IMG/VR virus record: IMGVR_UViG_3300045988_149282
Coordinates: 32,001 to 96,000 of that record
Length of the DNA stretch: 64,000 bases
Strand: one strand, 5' to 3'
From: a virus
Lineage: Duplodnaviria > Heunggongvirae > Uroviricota > Caudoviricetes
A program made the translations under genes and the position numbers. Below the pieces are notes generated by a model that was not told the origin of the DNA, ran no database searches, and worked only from the letters and a program-made list of their open reading frames with translations. Of the stretch, positions 46,701-57,377 are shown piece by piece. Numbering within the stretch: position 1 is the first letter of the stretch; each line of letters opens with the position of its first letter.

Positions 46701-48613
46701 AGTTTTTAAAGCTCCAGGTTGAGAATTTTATGGCTATCGCCAGCGCGGAGGTCGAGTTAGATCAGCGTGGTTTAGTGCTCATTCAGGGTGTTAATAGTGA
46801 TGATAGTTCCGCATCAAGTAATGGCTCTGGAAAGTCAACGCTAATGAATAGCCTGATGTGGTGTCTTTATGGCGAAACAGCTCATGGTGTGAAGGGTGAC
46901 GATGTGTTGTCTACCGACCATGAAAAGAACTGTCGTGTTGCAGTAACCATCGAGGATGAAGGCAAGAGATATGCGATCATTCGTCACCGTAAACACAAAG
47001 AGTTCAAAAATCGGCTTATCGTTCGTGGTGAAGACGGCGATATGACGAAAGGCAAAGATGCGCTGACGCAAGAGTTCGTCGAGCGTCTGATCGGTGCATC
47101 TAAAGAGGTTTTCATGGCTTCCATCTATGCGAGCCAAGAAGCTATGCCAGATTTACCTGGAATGTCCGACAAAAACCTCAAAACCATCGTAGAAGAAGCC
47201 GCTGGCGTTGACAGACTGACACGCGCCTACGCTATTGCTCGTGAGCGAGCTAATGCAGCTGCCGCACGTATGGATGTGGTTAAAACCAAATTGGAGTCGA
47301 CAATCTCGACCATTGAGGCAACACAGTCAGAAATTGAGTCAGCGAAAGCCTCCTCTGAATCATGGGAGCAAGAGCGTTCTAAACGTTATGACGATGCCCT
47401 GGCTGGGCTGGCCAGTGCCGAAGTTGAGTTAACGGAAGTTGAACTTGAGATCCGCACTCTTCCCGAACAGATCCGTGATACCGAGAAGGCAATCGAAAGT
47501 GAGCGCAAAAAGTTAGCCTCAAAAGAAGAACATGACGCCAAGTTGCTCAAAGTTCGTGGTGCGATAACTGATATTCGGGCAAGCATCAAAGCTACAGAAA
47601 ATAGTCAGGCTGATGCAATGAACCGCGCGCGTAATTTTAAGACTAAAGCAGAAGAGGTTGGTACTAAAGTGGGATCACCATGCCCTACTTGTGGCAAAGC
47701 CTACTGCGAAGAAGATCTATCAACGGTGAAGGAGAATTTCATTGAACAAGCACGTCAGGAAATTGGTCAGGCGAAGACACTTGCAGAGGCAATGGCTAAA
47801 CACAAAACGAATCTTGAGAAAGCGTTAAGCATTGAGTCTGCCCTTGTTAAAACGACACCTGATGTAACGGCTATCATTGCCCGGATTGAAGAGCTTACGA
47901 AACAACTCTCATCTTTGCGTCATCGTGAGAAGGAGGTTGTTGCTATTGAGTCTCTTGTGACTCGTGCTCGTACTGAGGTCGATCGTATATCAAAAGAGAT
48001 TAATCCGTTTATTGCTCTTATCGCCAGACACGAAGATAACCTGGTATCCAGTAAGTCTACCTTCAAGTCCTTAAAAGATGAGTTGAAGGCTATTCAGGAA
48101 CAAACGTTGCTATTGGAAAAAGCTCGTCAGGTCTACTCTCCTGCCGGGGTGCGTTCTCATATTTTGACGTCTGTTACGCCTTTCCTGAATACACGCACTG
48201 CCGAGTATCTCAATACGTTGTCTGACGGGAATATTACTGCTGAGTGGTCGACGATGGATGTCACTAAAAAAGGTGAGTATCGCGACAAATTCAACATTAG
48301 TGTGCAGAAGAAAGGTTCAAGTAAGTCGTTCCAGACCCTCTCTGGTGGTGAGAAGCGGAAGGTTCGCATTGCGTGTTCTTTGGCATTGCAGGATCTGGTT
48401 AGTAACCGGGCGAGTAAAAACATCGATTTGTTTATCGGCGACGAAATTGACGATGCACTCGATACAGCCGGTCTTGAACGCCTCATGGGTATTCTGGAGT
48501 CCAAAGCTCGCGAGCGAGGTACTGTGCTGATTATCTCCCATAAAGAGATGAAGTCATGGTTCCGGGAAACTATTACGCTGGAAGTTAAAGAGGGGCGCAG
48601 CTATGTCGTTTAA
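46697..48613 (+). CDS. SbcC/Rad50-like ATPase
   Basis: N-terminal Walker A GVNSDDSSASSNGSGKST, long coiled-coil with central C-P-T-C-G zinc-hook-like motif, C-terminal signature LSGGEKRKV and Walker B LFIGDEIDD. Confidence 0.75.
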   Translation: MKFLKLQVENFMAIASAEVELDQRGLVLIQGVNSDDSSASSNGSGKSTLMNSLMWCLYGETAHGVKGDDVLSTDHEKNCRVAVTIEDEGKRYAIIRHRKHKEFKNRLIVRGEDGDMTKGKDALTQEFVERLIGASKEVFMASIYASQEAMPDLPGMSDKNLKTIVEEAAGVDRLTRAYAIARERANAAAARMDVVKTKLESTISTIEATQSEIESAKASSESWEQERSKRYDDALAGLASAEVELTEVELEIRTLPEQIRDTEKAIESERKKLASKEEHDAKLLKVRGAITDIRASIKATENSQADAMNRARNFKTKAEEVGTKVGSPCPTCGKAYCEEDLSTVKENFIEQARQEIGQAKTLAEAMAKHKTNLEKALSIESALVKTTPDVTAIIARIEELTKQLSSLRHREKEVVAIESLVTRARTEVDRISKEINPFIALIARHEDNLVSSKSTFKSLKDELKAIQEQTLLLEKARQVYSPAGVRSHILTSVTPFLNTRTAEYLNTLSDGNITAEWSTMDVTKKGEYRDKFNISVQKKGSSKSFQTLSGGEKRKVRIACSLALQDLVSNRASKNIDLFIGDEIDDALDTAGLERLMGILESKARERGTVLIISHKEMKSWFRETITLEVKEGRSYVV

Positions 48614-49346
48614 ATTAAGCCGCTCGCAGTTTTTGCAGGTATTTGCAGTGATGCAGTCGATAAAACTGATCAATGGGCATACTTCCAATGGTGCGGCTCC
48701 ACGTATTCTGTGGAGCAGCAACAATATTGACGGAGTACAATTCGCCGCGTTGCTTGGTCTAATATCCGAGACACCATTGATGCAAAGTTTGAAATCACTA
48801 CCACCTGGATGTATTGCGCCGATCCTGATTAATCCTTTTGTTGAGGGGGGATATCTTCCCAACGTCGGGCCTGGGTTTATTGCATCCCATGAAACTGAAG
48901 ATCTTAACATTAATAGCGAAGGGTTCTTTGGGGGAATGGGTGCGCATCACTGTATGGCTTTCACGAACCTTATTCGACTTGCCAATAAGCGGGTGGATAG
49001 TTTGGCATCGCCAGGTGATGCTTTTACTGGTTTCCTTATCCAAAGGAGGGATAAAAAGTACAGTACGGACAAACTACAGTTTGTTGGTAAGTATGGAGAA
49101 ATGGTAGAAATCGAACTTCAGCTCCCTCATGTTTTAGCAAACGATAGTGCAGACAGTCGGAGGCTGTTGGGCATCATGCGTCATTTCATAGCAAGTGGTG
49201 TTAAACATGCCGCAGATAAACGTGTCACGCAGGAAAATGAGTATTCAGACTTTGCAAACTATCCCCAACCAACGTTGCAAACGGCAATAGTAGCCAATTC
49301 GTTGGAGGCGAGATTATTGGAAAACCCTATATGGGGAACATGGTAA
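48603..49346 (+). CDS. Hypothetical protein (247 aa)
   Basis: Start overlaps the SbcC-like stop. Confidence 0.55.
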   Translation: MSFKLSRSQFLQVFAVMQSIKLINGHTSNGAAPRILWSSNNIDGVQFAALLGLISETPLMQSLKSLPPGCIAPILINPFVEGGYLPNVGPGFIASHETEDLNINSEGFFGGMGAHHCMAFTNLIRLANKRVDSLASPGDAFTGFLIQRRDKKYSTDKLQFVGKYGEMVEIELQLPHVLANDSADSRRLLGIMRHFIASGVKHAADKRVTQENEYSDFANYPQPTLQTAIVANSLEARLLENPIWGTW

Positions 49347-49355
49347 GGAGACTAT

Positions 49356-49925
49356 ATGAGTAAAAAAATCAGCGTAGTTGGTGTTGATCCCTCAATGAGC
49401 AACTTTGGGCTTGCTGTGGGCACTTTAGACCTTGAGACGGACGAACTTGAGATTCACGGCCTTACTCTTGTTGAGACTAAAGCGGGGAGTAACAAAAAGA
49501 CCGTTCGTGTGAACAGTGACGATCTGCGCCGAGCCAGTGAAATATGGCGTGTTGCGAAGCCAATCATTGATAAGGCAAATATGGTTTTTTGTGAGCTACC
49601 GGTTGGGAGCCAAAACTCTCGTTCGCAGACGTCTTACGGTATTTGTATCGGTGTACTTGCGTGTGTGGATAAGCCATTGATCCAGGTTACTCCAAACGAA
49701 ATCAAGCATTTTGTCGGCAATAAACTTACTACATCGAAAGAAGAGATTATCCAGTGGGCTACGAAAAAACACCCTAAAGCACCGTGGCTGCGTCGTAAGC
49801 AATCTGGACAGGATGTTCTCGTGAACAAAAACGAACATTTGGCTGATGCGGTGGCTGCCATCCATACCGGTATGCAAACAGATCAGTTCCGCCAGGTGCG
49901 CGATGTTCTTAAGTCTCTCATTTGA
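49356..49925 (+). CDS. Putative RuvC-like Holliday-junction resolvase
   Basis: N-terminal VVGVDPSMSNFGLAV and later EHLADA acidic motifs resembling the RuvC/YqgF fold; AAGGAG ribosome-binding site. Assignment tentative. Confidence 0.5.
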   Translation: MSKKISVVGVDPSMSNFGLAVGTLDLETDELEIHGLTLVETKAGSNKKTVRVNSDDLRRASEIWRVAKPIIDKANMVFCELPVGSQNSRSQTSYGICIGVLACVDKPLIQVTPNEIKHFVGNKLTTSKEEIIQWATKKHPKAPWLRRKQSGQDVLVNKNEHLADAVAAIHTGMQTDQFRQVRDVLKSLI

Positions 49926-49931
49926 TTTCAT

Positions 49932-49952
49932 TGATAGGTAAGTGCTTATCTA
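49932..49952. promoter_or_regulatory. GATAGGTAAGTGCTTATCTAT palindromic motif upstream of nrdA (candidate operator)
   Basis: Shares the GGTAAGTGCTTA core with the sites at 28031 and 9965. Confidence 0.45.
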
Positions 49953-49998
49953 TTAACATGGGCCACTATATTTAGTGGCCCTCTTTATTTGGTGATAC

Positions 49999-52314
49999 AT
50001 GATAAGCATCGTAAAACGTAACGGCCAAACAGAGCCGTTATCCGAAGAAAAATACAACCGCGTCGTAATGTATGGCGTAGAAGGCATTCGTGGTGTAAGC
50101 GCATCCGCTGTAGCAATGGGAGCTGCGGCCAGCATTTTTGATGGGATGACCACCAGCCAGTTGCATGAGGCTTTGGTTAAATCTGCCGCTGATTTGATCT
50201 CACCAGAAGCACCAAATTACTCACAGGTGGCTGCCCGCCTGAACATTTTTAAAATCCGCAAAGATGCCTTCGGTCGTTACGACTATCCGAACTTCTACCA
50301 ACACATTGTCAAGAACGTTAACAAGGGCGTTTATGACAAGGATTTGCTGACACATTATTCGTTTGAAGAGATCGAAGAACTCGGCAATTACATTAAGCCG
50401 AAACGTGACGATCTTTTTGGCTATGCAGCTACGGTGCAGTTGCAAAGCAAATACCTCGTTCAAAACCGTGTTACTGGTGAGATTCATGAGGGGCCCCAAC
50501 ATATCTATATGCTGGTAGGCATGTGTCTGTTCCAGAATTGGGAAGACGACTGCGCTGGCAAAACACGTATGGAGATGGTCAAAGGTTTCTATGACGTTAC
50601 AAGTACGTTCAAACTGTCTCTGCCCACACCAATCATGGCCGGCGTCCGTACTCCAACCCGTCAGTTCTCCAGTTGTGTGCTGATTGAGTCTGGCGATAGT
50701 CTGAAAGGGATTAGTGCAGCTTCAGCCGCAATTATCGACTACGTTTCACGTCGTGCTGGAATTGGTATTGGTTTTGGCCGTATCCGTGCGTTGGGCAGCG
50801 AGATCCGCAATGGTGAAGCCACCCATACCGGAGTTATTCCATTCCTGAAGCATTTCCAGACGGCTGTTAAATCTTGTTCGCAAGGTGGTGTTCGTGGTGG
50901 CGCAGCAACAGCGTTTTACCCGATCTGGCATCTTGAAGTTGAAAGTCTGCTGGTGGTGAAAAATAACCGTGGTATTGATGAAAACCGCGTTCGCCATCTT
51001 GATTACGGCGTCATGAGTAACCGTCTAATGTACCGTCGACTCGTCAGAAGCGAGAACATCACTCTGTTCAGCCCGCATGATGTGCCTGATATGTACGAAG
51101 CCTTCTTCACAGACCAGGAGCTGTTTGAAAAGCTGTACCATAAATACGAAGCCGATGATTCAATTCGCAAGAAGTCAGTACCTGCCATTGAGCTGTTCTC
51201 ATCTCTGATGCAGGAACGAGCGTCCACGGGCCGAATTTATATTGCGAACGTCGATCATATTAATGAGCATGGCGCTTTCATTCCTGCTCTTGCACCTGTC
51301 CGCCAGTCAAACCTGTGTATGGAGATCACCCTACCCACCCGTCCACTGGCATTTACCGACGACCCGAACGGTGAGATCGCGCTATGCACTTTATCCGCTT
51401 TTAACCTCGGAGCCATCCGTTCACTGGAGTCTCTTAAAGAGGTGGCGTTCTATGCCGTTGCTGCACTGGATTCGTTACTGGATTATCAAGACTATCCGAT
51501 GGAGGCAGCCGAAGTGCCTGCCAAAGCTCGTCGTAGCTTGGGAATTGGTGTAACCAACTTTGCTTATTACCTGGCAAAGAATGGCGTTCGTTATTCTGAT
51601 ACCGCTGGCAATAAACTGGTGCATGAAACATTCGAAGCTATCCAGTATTACCTTCTTGATGCCAGCTGCCGACTTGCTGAAGCAAAAGGTGAGTGTGACT
51701 GGTTTGAGCAGACCAAGTACGCAATTGGTCAGTTGCCGATCGACCATTACCGTTCTTCATTAGACGAAAGTGGCGAAACCAACTTTGAGTTAAAGATGCC
51801 GTGGGAAGAACTGCGTGAACGTATTGCAAAATACGGCCTTCGCAACTCCACACTGACGGCACAAATGCCATGCGAGACTTCCAGCCAGATCACTAATTCC
51901 ACCAACGGCATCGAACCGCCTCGTGGCCCGGTGTCGGTGAAATCTTCTAAGGACGGCATCGTTAAGATGGTCGTGCCTGAGTTTGAAAAACTGAAGGAAC
52001 AGTATGAATACCTGTGGGATATGCCGGACAACCGCGGCTATCTGACAAAGGTGGCGATCATCCAGAAGTTCTTTGACCAGGCTATTTCAGCCAATACCAA
52101 CTATGACCCTTCTCGCTTTGAAGGCGATAAAGTCCCAATGATGACGCTACTGTCAGATTTGCTTCTCGCCTACAAGATGGGAGTTAAAACGCTTTACTAC
52201 CACAACACCAGAGATGGGGCAGGAAAGCGTGATGACGACGAACCGCAAAATCCACTGACGCAAGCTGTAGCCGTCGAGCCAGAAGATGAGTGCGACGGAG
52301 CCTGCAAAATCTGA
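49999..52314 (+). CDS. nrdA: Ribonucleoside-diphosphate reductase, large subunit (class Ia)
   Basis: 771 aa; N-terminal ATP-cone-like region, active-site Cys context (SNLCMEI) and C-terminal redox Cys pair (EDECDGACKI). Confidence 0.9.
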   Translation: MISIVKRNGQTEPLSEEKYNRVVMYGVEGIRGVSASAVAMGAAASIFDGMTTSQLHEALVKSAADLISPEAPNYSQVAARLNIFKIRKDAFGRYDYPNFYQHIVKNVNKGVYDKDLLTHYSFEEIEELGNYIKPKRDDLFGYAATVQLQSKYLVQNRVTGEIHEGPQHIYMLVGMCLFQNWEDDCAGKTRMEMVKGFYDVTSTFKLSLPTPIMAGVRTPTRQFSSCVLIESGDSLKGISAASAAIIDYVSRRAGIGIGFGRIRALGSEIRNGEATHTGVIPFLKHFQTAVKSCSQGGVRGGAATAFYPIWHLEVESLLVVKNNRGIDENRVRHLDYGVMSNRLMYRRLVRSENITLFSPHDVPDMYEAFFTDQELFEKLYHKYEADDSIRKKSVPAIELFSSLMQERASTGRIYIANVDHINEHGAFIPALAPVRQSNLCMEITLPTRPLAFTDDPNGEIALCTLSAFNLGAIRSLESLKEVAFYAVAALDSLLDYQDYPMEAAEVPAKARRSLGIGVTNFAYYLAKNGVRYSDTAGNKLVHETFEAIQYYLLDASCRLAEAKGECDWFEQTKYAIGQLPIDHYRSSLDESGETNFELKMPWEELRERIAKYGLRNSTLTAQMPCETSSQITNSTNGIEPPRGPVSVKSSKDGIVKMVVPEFEKLKEQYEYLWDMPDNRGYLTKVAIIQKFFDQAISANTNYDPSRFEGDKVPMMTLLSDLLLAYKMGVKTLYYHNTRDGAGKRDDDEPQNPLTQAVAVEPEDECDGACKI

Positions 52315-52320
52315 CATATG

Positions 52321-52348
52321 GTGGGGTGTATCCCCACCTTCTCTTTGA
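52321..52348 (+). terminator. Hairpin plus T-rich tract after nrdA
   Basis: GTGGGG-tgtat-CCCCAC followed by CTTCTCTTT. Confidence 0.6.
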
Positions 52349-52358
52349 TTTGTAAGCC

Positions 52359-52394
52359 TTGTTTAAACAAATAAGATAACAACTTGTTTAAACA
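52359..52394. promoter_or_regulatory. Tandem palindromic sites TTGTTTAAACAA and AACAACTTGTTTAAACA upstream of nrdB
   Basis: Two overlapping copies of the AAACAA/TTGTTT palindrome family. Confidence 0.5.
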
Positions 52395-52419
52395 CATCAA
52401 AAAGCAAAAGGAAAAACAC

Positions 52420-53562
52420 ATGTCATATTCAACGTTCCGTTTGGGTGCTAATGATGCAACCAAAGAGCCTATGTTCCTCGGACAATCTGTCAACGTGGCA
52501 CGTTACGATCAGCAAAAATACCGTGATTTTGAAAAGTTGATTGAACGTCAATTGTCTTTCTTCTGGCGGCCGGAAGAAGTTGATATTTCGAGCGATCGTA
52601 TCGACTTCAACACGAAGCTGCGGGACCACGAACGTCACATTTTTCTGAGCAATCTCCGTTATCAAACGTTACTCGATTCAGTTCAGGGACGTAGCCCAAA
52701 TGCAACGCTGCTGCCGCTTATCTCTATTCCTGAACTGGAAACGTGGGTTGAAACATGGTCTTTCTCTGAGACTATCCATAGCCGCAGCTACACCCACATT
52801 ATTCGTGGCATGGTGGACGATCCGAGCATTGTTTTTGACGGTATTGTTACGGATGAAGAAATCATCAACCGAGCGATCAGTATCTCTGCTGAATATGACA
52901 GGCTTTATGGGATGACCTGCGAGCGCCAGTCGTTAGGTGAGAAAGAGTTTGAACGTCTGTACGTAAATGAATATGGCTGGGAGCCATACCCTTTGCATCG
53001 TCAGCTTTTCCGCACGTTGGTGTCCATTAATGCGCTTGAGGCGATCCGTTTCTACGTAAGTTTTGCATGTACGTTTGCCTTTGGTGAACGGAAGTTGCTT
53101 GAGGGTAACACCAAAATTATGCGCTTTATTGCCCGTGATGAAGCTCTGCATTGCGAAGGAACTGAACGCATGATCCGCTTCATGCGTACCGGTCGCGAAG
53201 GTTTATTGTGGAAAGAGATTGCTGCTGATGAAGAAAACGTCATTTACGACACCATGAAATCAGTCGCCGAACAAGAAATGAACTGGGCAGACTATCTCTT
53301 CAAAGACGGTTCGATGATTGGTTTAAACGCGGATATTCTCAAAACCTATGTAAAATACCGCACCAATCTGGCTATGAATCGTCTTGGCCTGAAGGCTTTA
53401 TTTCCAGAAGTTACCACTGATCCGCTGGTCTGGATGAACAAGTGGTTGTTAACCGACACACTGCAAATTGCACCACAAGAGGCAGAGCAAAGCACATATC
53501 TGGTAGGTCAGATAGATTCTACCGTGGATAAGGCTTCTCTAAGCCAGTTTGCAGACCTGTAA
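52420..53562 (+). CDS. nrdB: Ribonucleoside-diphosphate reductase, small subunit
   Basis: Conserved leader AAAGGAAAAACAC-ATG; di-iron ligand context (E..H motifs) and tyrosyl-radical region; ORF-track start 52384 is an upstream in-frame TTG. Confidence 0.85.
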   Translation: MSYSTFRLGANDATKEPMFLGQSVNVARYDQQKYRDFEKLIERQLSFFWRPEEVDISSDRIDFNTKLRDHERHIFLSNLRYQTLLDSVQGRSPNATLLPLISIPELETWVETWSFSETIHSRSYTHIIRGMVDDPSIVFDGIVTDEEIINRAISISAEYDRLYGMTCERQSLGEKEFERLYVNEYGWEPYPLHRQLFRTLVSINALEAIRFYVSFACTFAFGERKLLEGNTKIMRFIARDEALHCEGTERMIRFMRTGREGLLWKEIAADEENVIYDTMKSVAEQEMNWADYLFKDGSMIGLNADILKTYVKYRTNLAMNRLGLKALFPEVTTDPLVWMNKWLLTDTLQIAPQEAEQSTYLVGQIDSTVDKASLSQFADL

Positions 53563-53639
53563 ACCGATACAAAGCATTATGTGGCCTGGCAACGCTGGGC
53601 CACAATGGATCACAAGAATTAAGAAGGAACAAAACTAGC

Positions 53640-54509
53640 ATGAACTTTACCAAACTGACTGACCACCTGAAACTTGCCACCGATCGACTCATTGGATTTA
53701 AGCCAGAACCATATGAGTTGCATGAAGGCCATGGTGTAGCCACTGAAAGTATTTACAAGATGGTCGATCAGTTTCATGAACTCTTCCAGCATCCGAGACG
53801 CGTTATGCCGACACCAGCGCTGCTTCGTCTCCGTGCAAGCCTGATTCATGAAGAAGCTGTAGTGGAAGGTATTCCAGCCGCAATGAATGGGGATATTGAG
53901 CAACTGCTGGATGCAATGGCCGACTTTTTATACGTTGGTGTTGGTACGATGGTCGCCATCAAAGGTGGTATTTCTACCGGCATGACCTATTACACGCAGG
54001 AACAGAGCATTGATCGCTTTATGCAGACAATTTTTGTGCCTGGTAACACTGTTTTCGATGATATGGCAATGCCATTTCAGGAAGCTCGTGAGGCGTCATG
54101 TATGCTCGAAGAGCTGGCAGATAAACTTGAGAACAAGACTGTTAAGGATTCTGAGCTGATTCAGGAACTGCGCCGTGTAATGAACAAAATCTATGTGGCG
54201 TGCATGATGACCTATCGACTGGCTGATTTCCTCGGTATCAATGTTGTCGAGCTGGTTGGCGAAATTCATCGGTCCAACATGACAAAATTATGGCCTGCAG
54301 ATGCCGAAGAGCGTCGCCATGCTGTGGCCAACTGCAAATACGACTCTTCTGACCTGGGATTTCGCCATGCTGATGGCACCGATAAGATGATCGGTTTTCG
54401 AATTTCCGATGGAAAGATTCTGAAGTCTCCAACCTATAGTGATGTCGATTTATCCTCCTTTGTTGAGCAAGCTAAAGCCTCAGCAATGTACGGAATGATC
54501 AAAAAATAA
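53640..54509 (+). CDS. Putative nucleotide pyrophosphohydrolase (MazG/HisE-like all-alpha domain) protein
   Basis: EE-x-E ... D ... E-x(2)-D-x(3)-DFLYV pattern (LIHEEAVVEGIP...DIEQLLDAMADFLYV) by eye; 289 aa with extra domains. Confidence 0.4.
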   Translation: MNFTKLTDHLKLATDRLIGFKPEPYELHEGHGVATESIYKMVDQFHELFQHPRRVMPTPALLRLRASLIHEEAVVEGIPAAMNGDIEQLLDAMADFLYVGVGTMVAIKGGISTGMTYYTQEQSIDRFMQTIFVPGNTVFDDMAMPFQEAREASCMLEELADKLENKTVKDSELIQELRRVMNKIYVACMMTYRLADFLGINVVELVGEIHRSNMTKLWPADAEERRHAVANCKYDSSDLGFRHADGTDKMIGFRISDGKILKSPTYSDVDLSSFVEQAKASAMYGMIKK

Positions 54510-54578
54510 TTGTAGGTAGTTATCTATCTGTGTATATTGCATTTGCGCGTTAAATTTCTGAAACAACTATTCGTTTTT

Positions 54579-54604
54579 GGTGGCCTATGGCCACCATTTT
54601 TTTA
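54579..54604 (+). terminator. Rho-independent terminator
   Basis: GGTGGCC-tat-GGCCACC followed by ATTTTTTTTAT. Confidence 0.85.
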
Positions 54605-54649
54605 TCTATCTGGTCTTGTTCTCTCAATAAATGTAAACTCACACAATGA

Positions 54650-54666
54650 ATAAGTGGTTACTTATC
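54650..54666. promoter_or_regulatory. ATAAGT-GGTT-ACTTAT palindromic motif just upstream of thyA
   Basis: Class-2 family site overlapping the ORF-track 5' extension of thyA. Confidence 0.4.
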
Positions 54667-54680
54667 TTTGTGAGGTTTTT

Positions 54681-55784
54681 GTGTCACTCCTTTTGAATCG
54701 TGAGCATACGAACGGTCAGGTAACAAACGCATCGTATGCAAAAGTTATTGAGACGGTGCTTAAAAGCGGCGTGCAGGCTGATGATCGCACAGGCACTGGT
54801 ACTTTAAGCACCTGCTACGTTCCCTCTTACTACATGCTTACTGGTGGGACTGTGCCGCTTATTTCTGGAAAGGCGGTAAATCTTAAGCCACTACTTGTCG
54901 AACTTGAGTGGTATCTGAAAGGCACGGGCAACATCCAATTTCTCAAGGATAACGGCGTTAAGATTTGGGATGCATGGGCCGATGAGAATGGCGATTTGGG
55001 GCCGGTTTACGGTAAGCAGTGGCGTCGATGGGAAGATACCCGCATCGTGAGCCATAGTGAATATCTGAGCAAGATCGATACTTTCCGTGAACGCGGGTAC
55101 AAAGTCGAGGGATACCTGGGTATCAGTGAAGATCGCGTAGTGCTGTCCCGTGAAATCGATCAGCTACAGCGTATTGTCGATACACTGCGCACGAATCCTA
55201 CCGATCGTCGCATCATGCTTAACGCATGGAACGTAGGCGAGCTTGAGGATATGAAACTGCCACCTTGCCACTTTGTCTTCTCTTTGTGGAGTCGTGAGCT
55301 TGATTTTGAAACCCGTTTAACGATGGCAACTGACATTGGTCTTCAACACAGTCGCCTCGGTTATGAGTCTATCTACACCAAGATGCTATACGATCTGGAG
55401 ATGGACGGCAGTGTTACTGAAACTGAACTGGATGAACTTGGAATCCCCAAACGCATCCTCAACTCCTGCCTCGTACAGCGTAGCGTAGACACTTTTGTTG
55501 GTATGCCATTCAATATTGCTGGCTATGGCATTCTCACTCATTTTCTCGCGAAGATTACGGGTCACATGGCCGGTGCATTTGTACATTTTGGCTTTGACGT
55601 GCATTTGTACAACAACCACATGGAAGGTGTGTGTGAGCTAATGAAACGACAGGCTCCAGAGCATTCAGATCCGGTCGTTATTTTCCCTCATGAATGGTCT
55701 GAGCTGGATGATTTCAAATGGGACGATATTCTGATTCTTGGCTATGACCCTCTACCGTGGATCAAGGTTCCAGTGGCGGTGTGA
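54681..55784 (+). CDS. thyA: Thymidylate synthase (ThyA type)
   Basis: DRTGTGTLS and active-site PPCH motifs; GAGG ribosome-binding site 5 nt before GTG 54681 (ORF track opens at GTG 54654). Confidence 0.85.
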   Translation: MSLLLNREHTNGQVTNASYAKVIETVLKSGVQADDRTGTGTLSTCYVPSYYMLTGGTVPLISGKAVNLKPLLVELEWYLKGTGNIQFLKDNGVKIWDAWADENGDLGPVYGKQWRRWEDTRIVSHSEYLSKIDTFRERGYKVEGYLGISEDRVVLSREIDQLQRIVDTLRTNPTDRRIMLNAWNVGELEDMKLPPCHFVFSLWSRELDFETRLTMATDIGLQHSRLGYESIYTKMLYDLEMDGSVTETELDELGIPKRILNSCLVQRSVDTFVGMPFNIAGYGILTHFLAKITGHMAGAFVHFGFDVHLYNNHMEGVCELMKRQAPEHSDPVVIFPHEWSELDDFKWDDILILGYDPLPWIKVPVAV

Positions 55785-55785
55785 T

Positions 55786-56199
55786 ATGGCAAGAGGTATG
55801 TATGTCTTATGCGAAATTGAAGGTGTGCTGGCAAATACCAGCCATCGTAAATCTGTATCTGACGCGGATGCAGGCCAGCTCATTGCCGGTGATGAACTCA
55901 TTTTCCCCACCAGCCGTATGTTGCGTGGTTTTGCTCGCTCAGGGGCTGAAGTGGTGCTTATCAGTAGCCGCTCTGAAACTCTTGAAGCGCCCACTAAACG
56001 ATGGCTGAAAGATTTTGGCGTTGATTACGACTGGCTTCATCTCGTACCGAATGGCACCAGTTATGAGAAGCATATTAAGCGCACATTAGCGGAGCATAAA
56101 GGCGATCTGCTTATCGCTGCGCTGGTGCACGATCCTCGACTCCGTGCCGCTTTAGCTGACTCTCATCATAGACCGGTCATCTATGAGGTGAGCAAATGA
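55786..56199 (+). CDS. Hypothetical protein, possibly a degenerate HAD-like nucleotidase fold
   Basis: ATG 1 nt after thyA stop; N-terminal VLCEIEGVLAN resembles a HAD motif I position but lacks the catalytic Asp pair. Confidence 0.35.
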   Translation: MARGMYVLCEIEGVLANTSHRKSVSDADAGQLIAGDELIFPTSRMLRGFARSGAEVVLISSRSETLEAPTKRWLKDFGVDYDWLHLVPNGTSYEKHIKRTLAEHKGDLLIAALVHDPRLRAALADSHHRPVIYEVSK

Positions 56200-56672
56200 A
56201 GATGATAGCTGCTGTTGGCCGTAACTATGAGATCGGCATAGCGAACGAACTGCCCTGGCGTTGTTCTACCGATCTGAAGCTATTTAAGAGACTCACCAAA
56301 AACGCTACTGTCGTTATGGGGCGTAAAACGATGGAAAGTCTCAAACGCCCTCTTCCAGAGCGTCATAACCTCGTTTTGACGCGCTCTCATGGCTTTGTAC
56401 CAAATGGATTCTACCCTGCTGGTGTGGATGATGTGTTGCGATTACCAGAGCCTGTGTGGGTGATTGGCGGGGAACAAATTTACTCGCTATTCATGCCGCA
56501 TGTTGAAGAGATTTGGCTCTCCCACATCGGCGTTGATGTACCAAACGCCGATGCATTCTTCCCGGCAAGCATGATGCGTAACTTAGGCTTTGTGCCTGTT
56601 GAAACAGCTTATACCCAACGAGCCAGCGAGGAAGAGCCTGGCTTTTCGCAGATCGTATACAGAAGGTCGTAA
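56196..56672 (+). CDS. Dihydrofolate reductase
   Basis: MIAAVGRNYEIG...LPW...VVMGRKT motifs; start overlaps upstream stop. Confidence 0.85.
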   Translation: MKMIAAVGRNYEIGIANELPWRCSTDLKLFKRLTKNATVVMGRKTMESLKRPLPERHNLVLTRSHGFVPNGFYPAGVDDVLRLPEPVWVIGGEQIYSLFMPHVEEIWLSHIGVDVPNADAFFPASMMRNLGFVPVETAYTQRASEEEPGFSQIVYRRS

Positions 56673-57316
56673 TGGATTACCGGATTGGGATCACTGGTGC
56701 TCAGGGCAGTGGGAAAACAACCCTGGCTAAATATATCGACAAACATTACGGAATCCCTTACGTGGATGCTGGTGTCGGAAGTTTGATGAGCCGCCTCGGT
56801 GTTCGAGTAGGTGAGTCTATGCCTCTATATGAGCGGCTTCAGATTCAAATGGAAATAGCAAAGCATATAGAGCTACTTACACGTGGTGTTGAAGGCTTTG
56901 TTATCGATCGCACACCTGCTGATGTTATGGCCTACACGTTGGATTTGGTCGGCCATACCAATGAAGATCGGTGTATTGAGTTAGCCCTCGATATCGAAAA
57001 GTTTTGCCACAAAACTGCTATTTCAAACTTTAACGCCATTGCTGGCTTACGCCCGGGAGTCGCTCTCTCAGAGCGAGATTACTTGCGATCACAACGAGCA
57101 TCATTAGACCGTCTGTATGTCGCTCGTATTGATGCGTTGATGTGCGGGGAACTGACAAAAATTCACCTGCATCCGCAAAGGGGAGATCTGCAAACCTTCG
57201 TCGTTTCCAACCGGTATCGCACAGTTGAAGCAAGAGCCAGATCAGTGATGAGAATGCTAGATAACGCTGTAGAAAAGATAGAAAACCGGTTCTGTGGCCG
57301 AGTGACCGTTCATTAG
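56672..57316 (+). CDS. P-loop nucleotide/nucleoside kinase-like protein
   Basis: Walker A GAQGSGKTTLA at N-terminus; 214 aa; sits in the nucleotide-metabolism cluster. Confidence 0.5.
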   Translation: MDYRIGITGAQGSGKTTLAKYIDKHYGIPYVDAGVGSLMSRLGVRVGESMPLYERLQIQMEIAKHIELLTRGVEGFVIDRTPADVMAYTLDLVGHTNEDRCIELALDIEKFCHKTAISNFNAIAGLRPGVALSERDYLRSQRASLDRLYVARIDALMCGELTKIHLHPQRGDLQTFVVSNRYRTVEARARSVMRMLDNAVEKIENRFCGRVTVH

Positions 57317-57377
57317 AAATTGTTCGCCTCTTCGACATTGCGACAATAAAACTCTCAAAATGGGTTAAGGATAAAAA

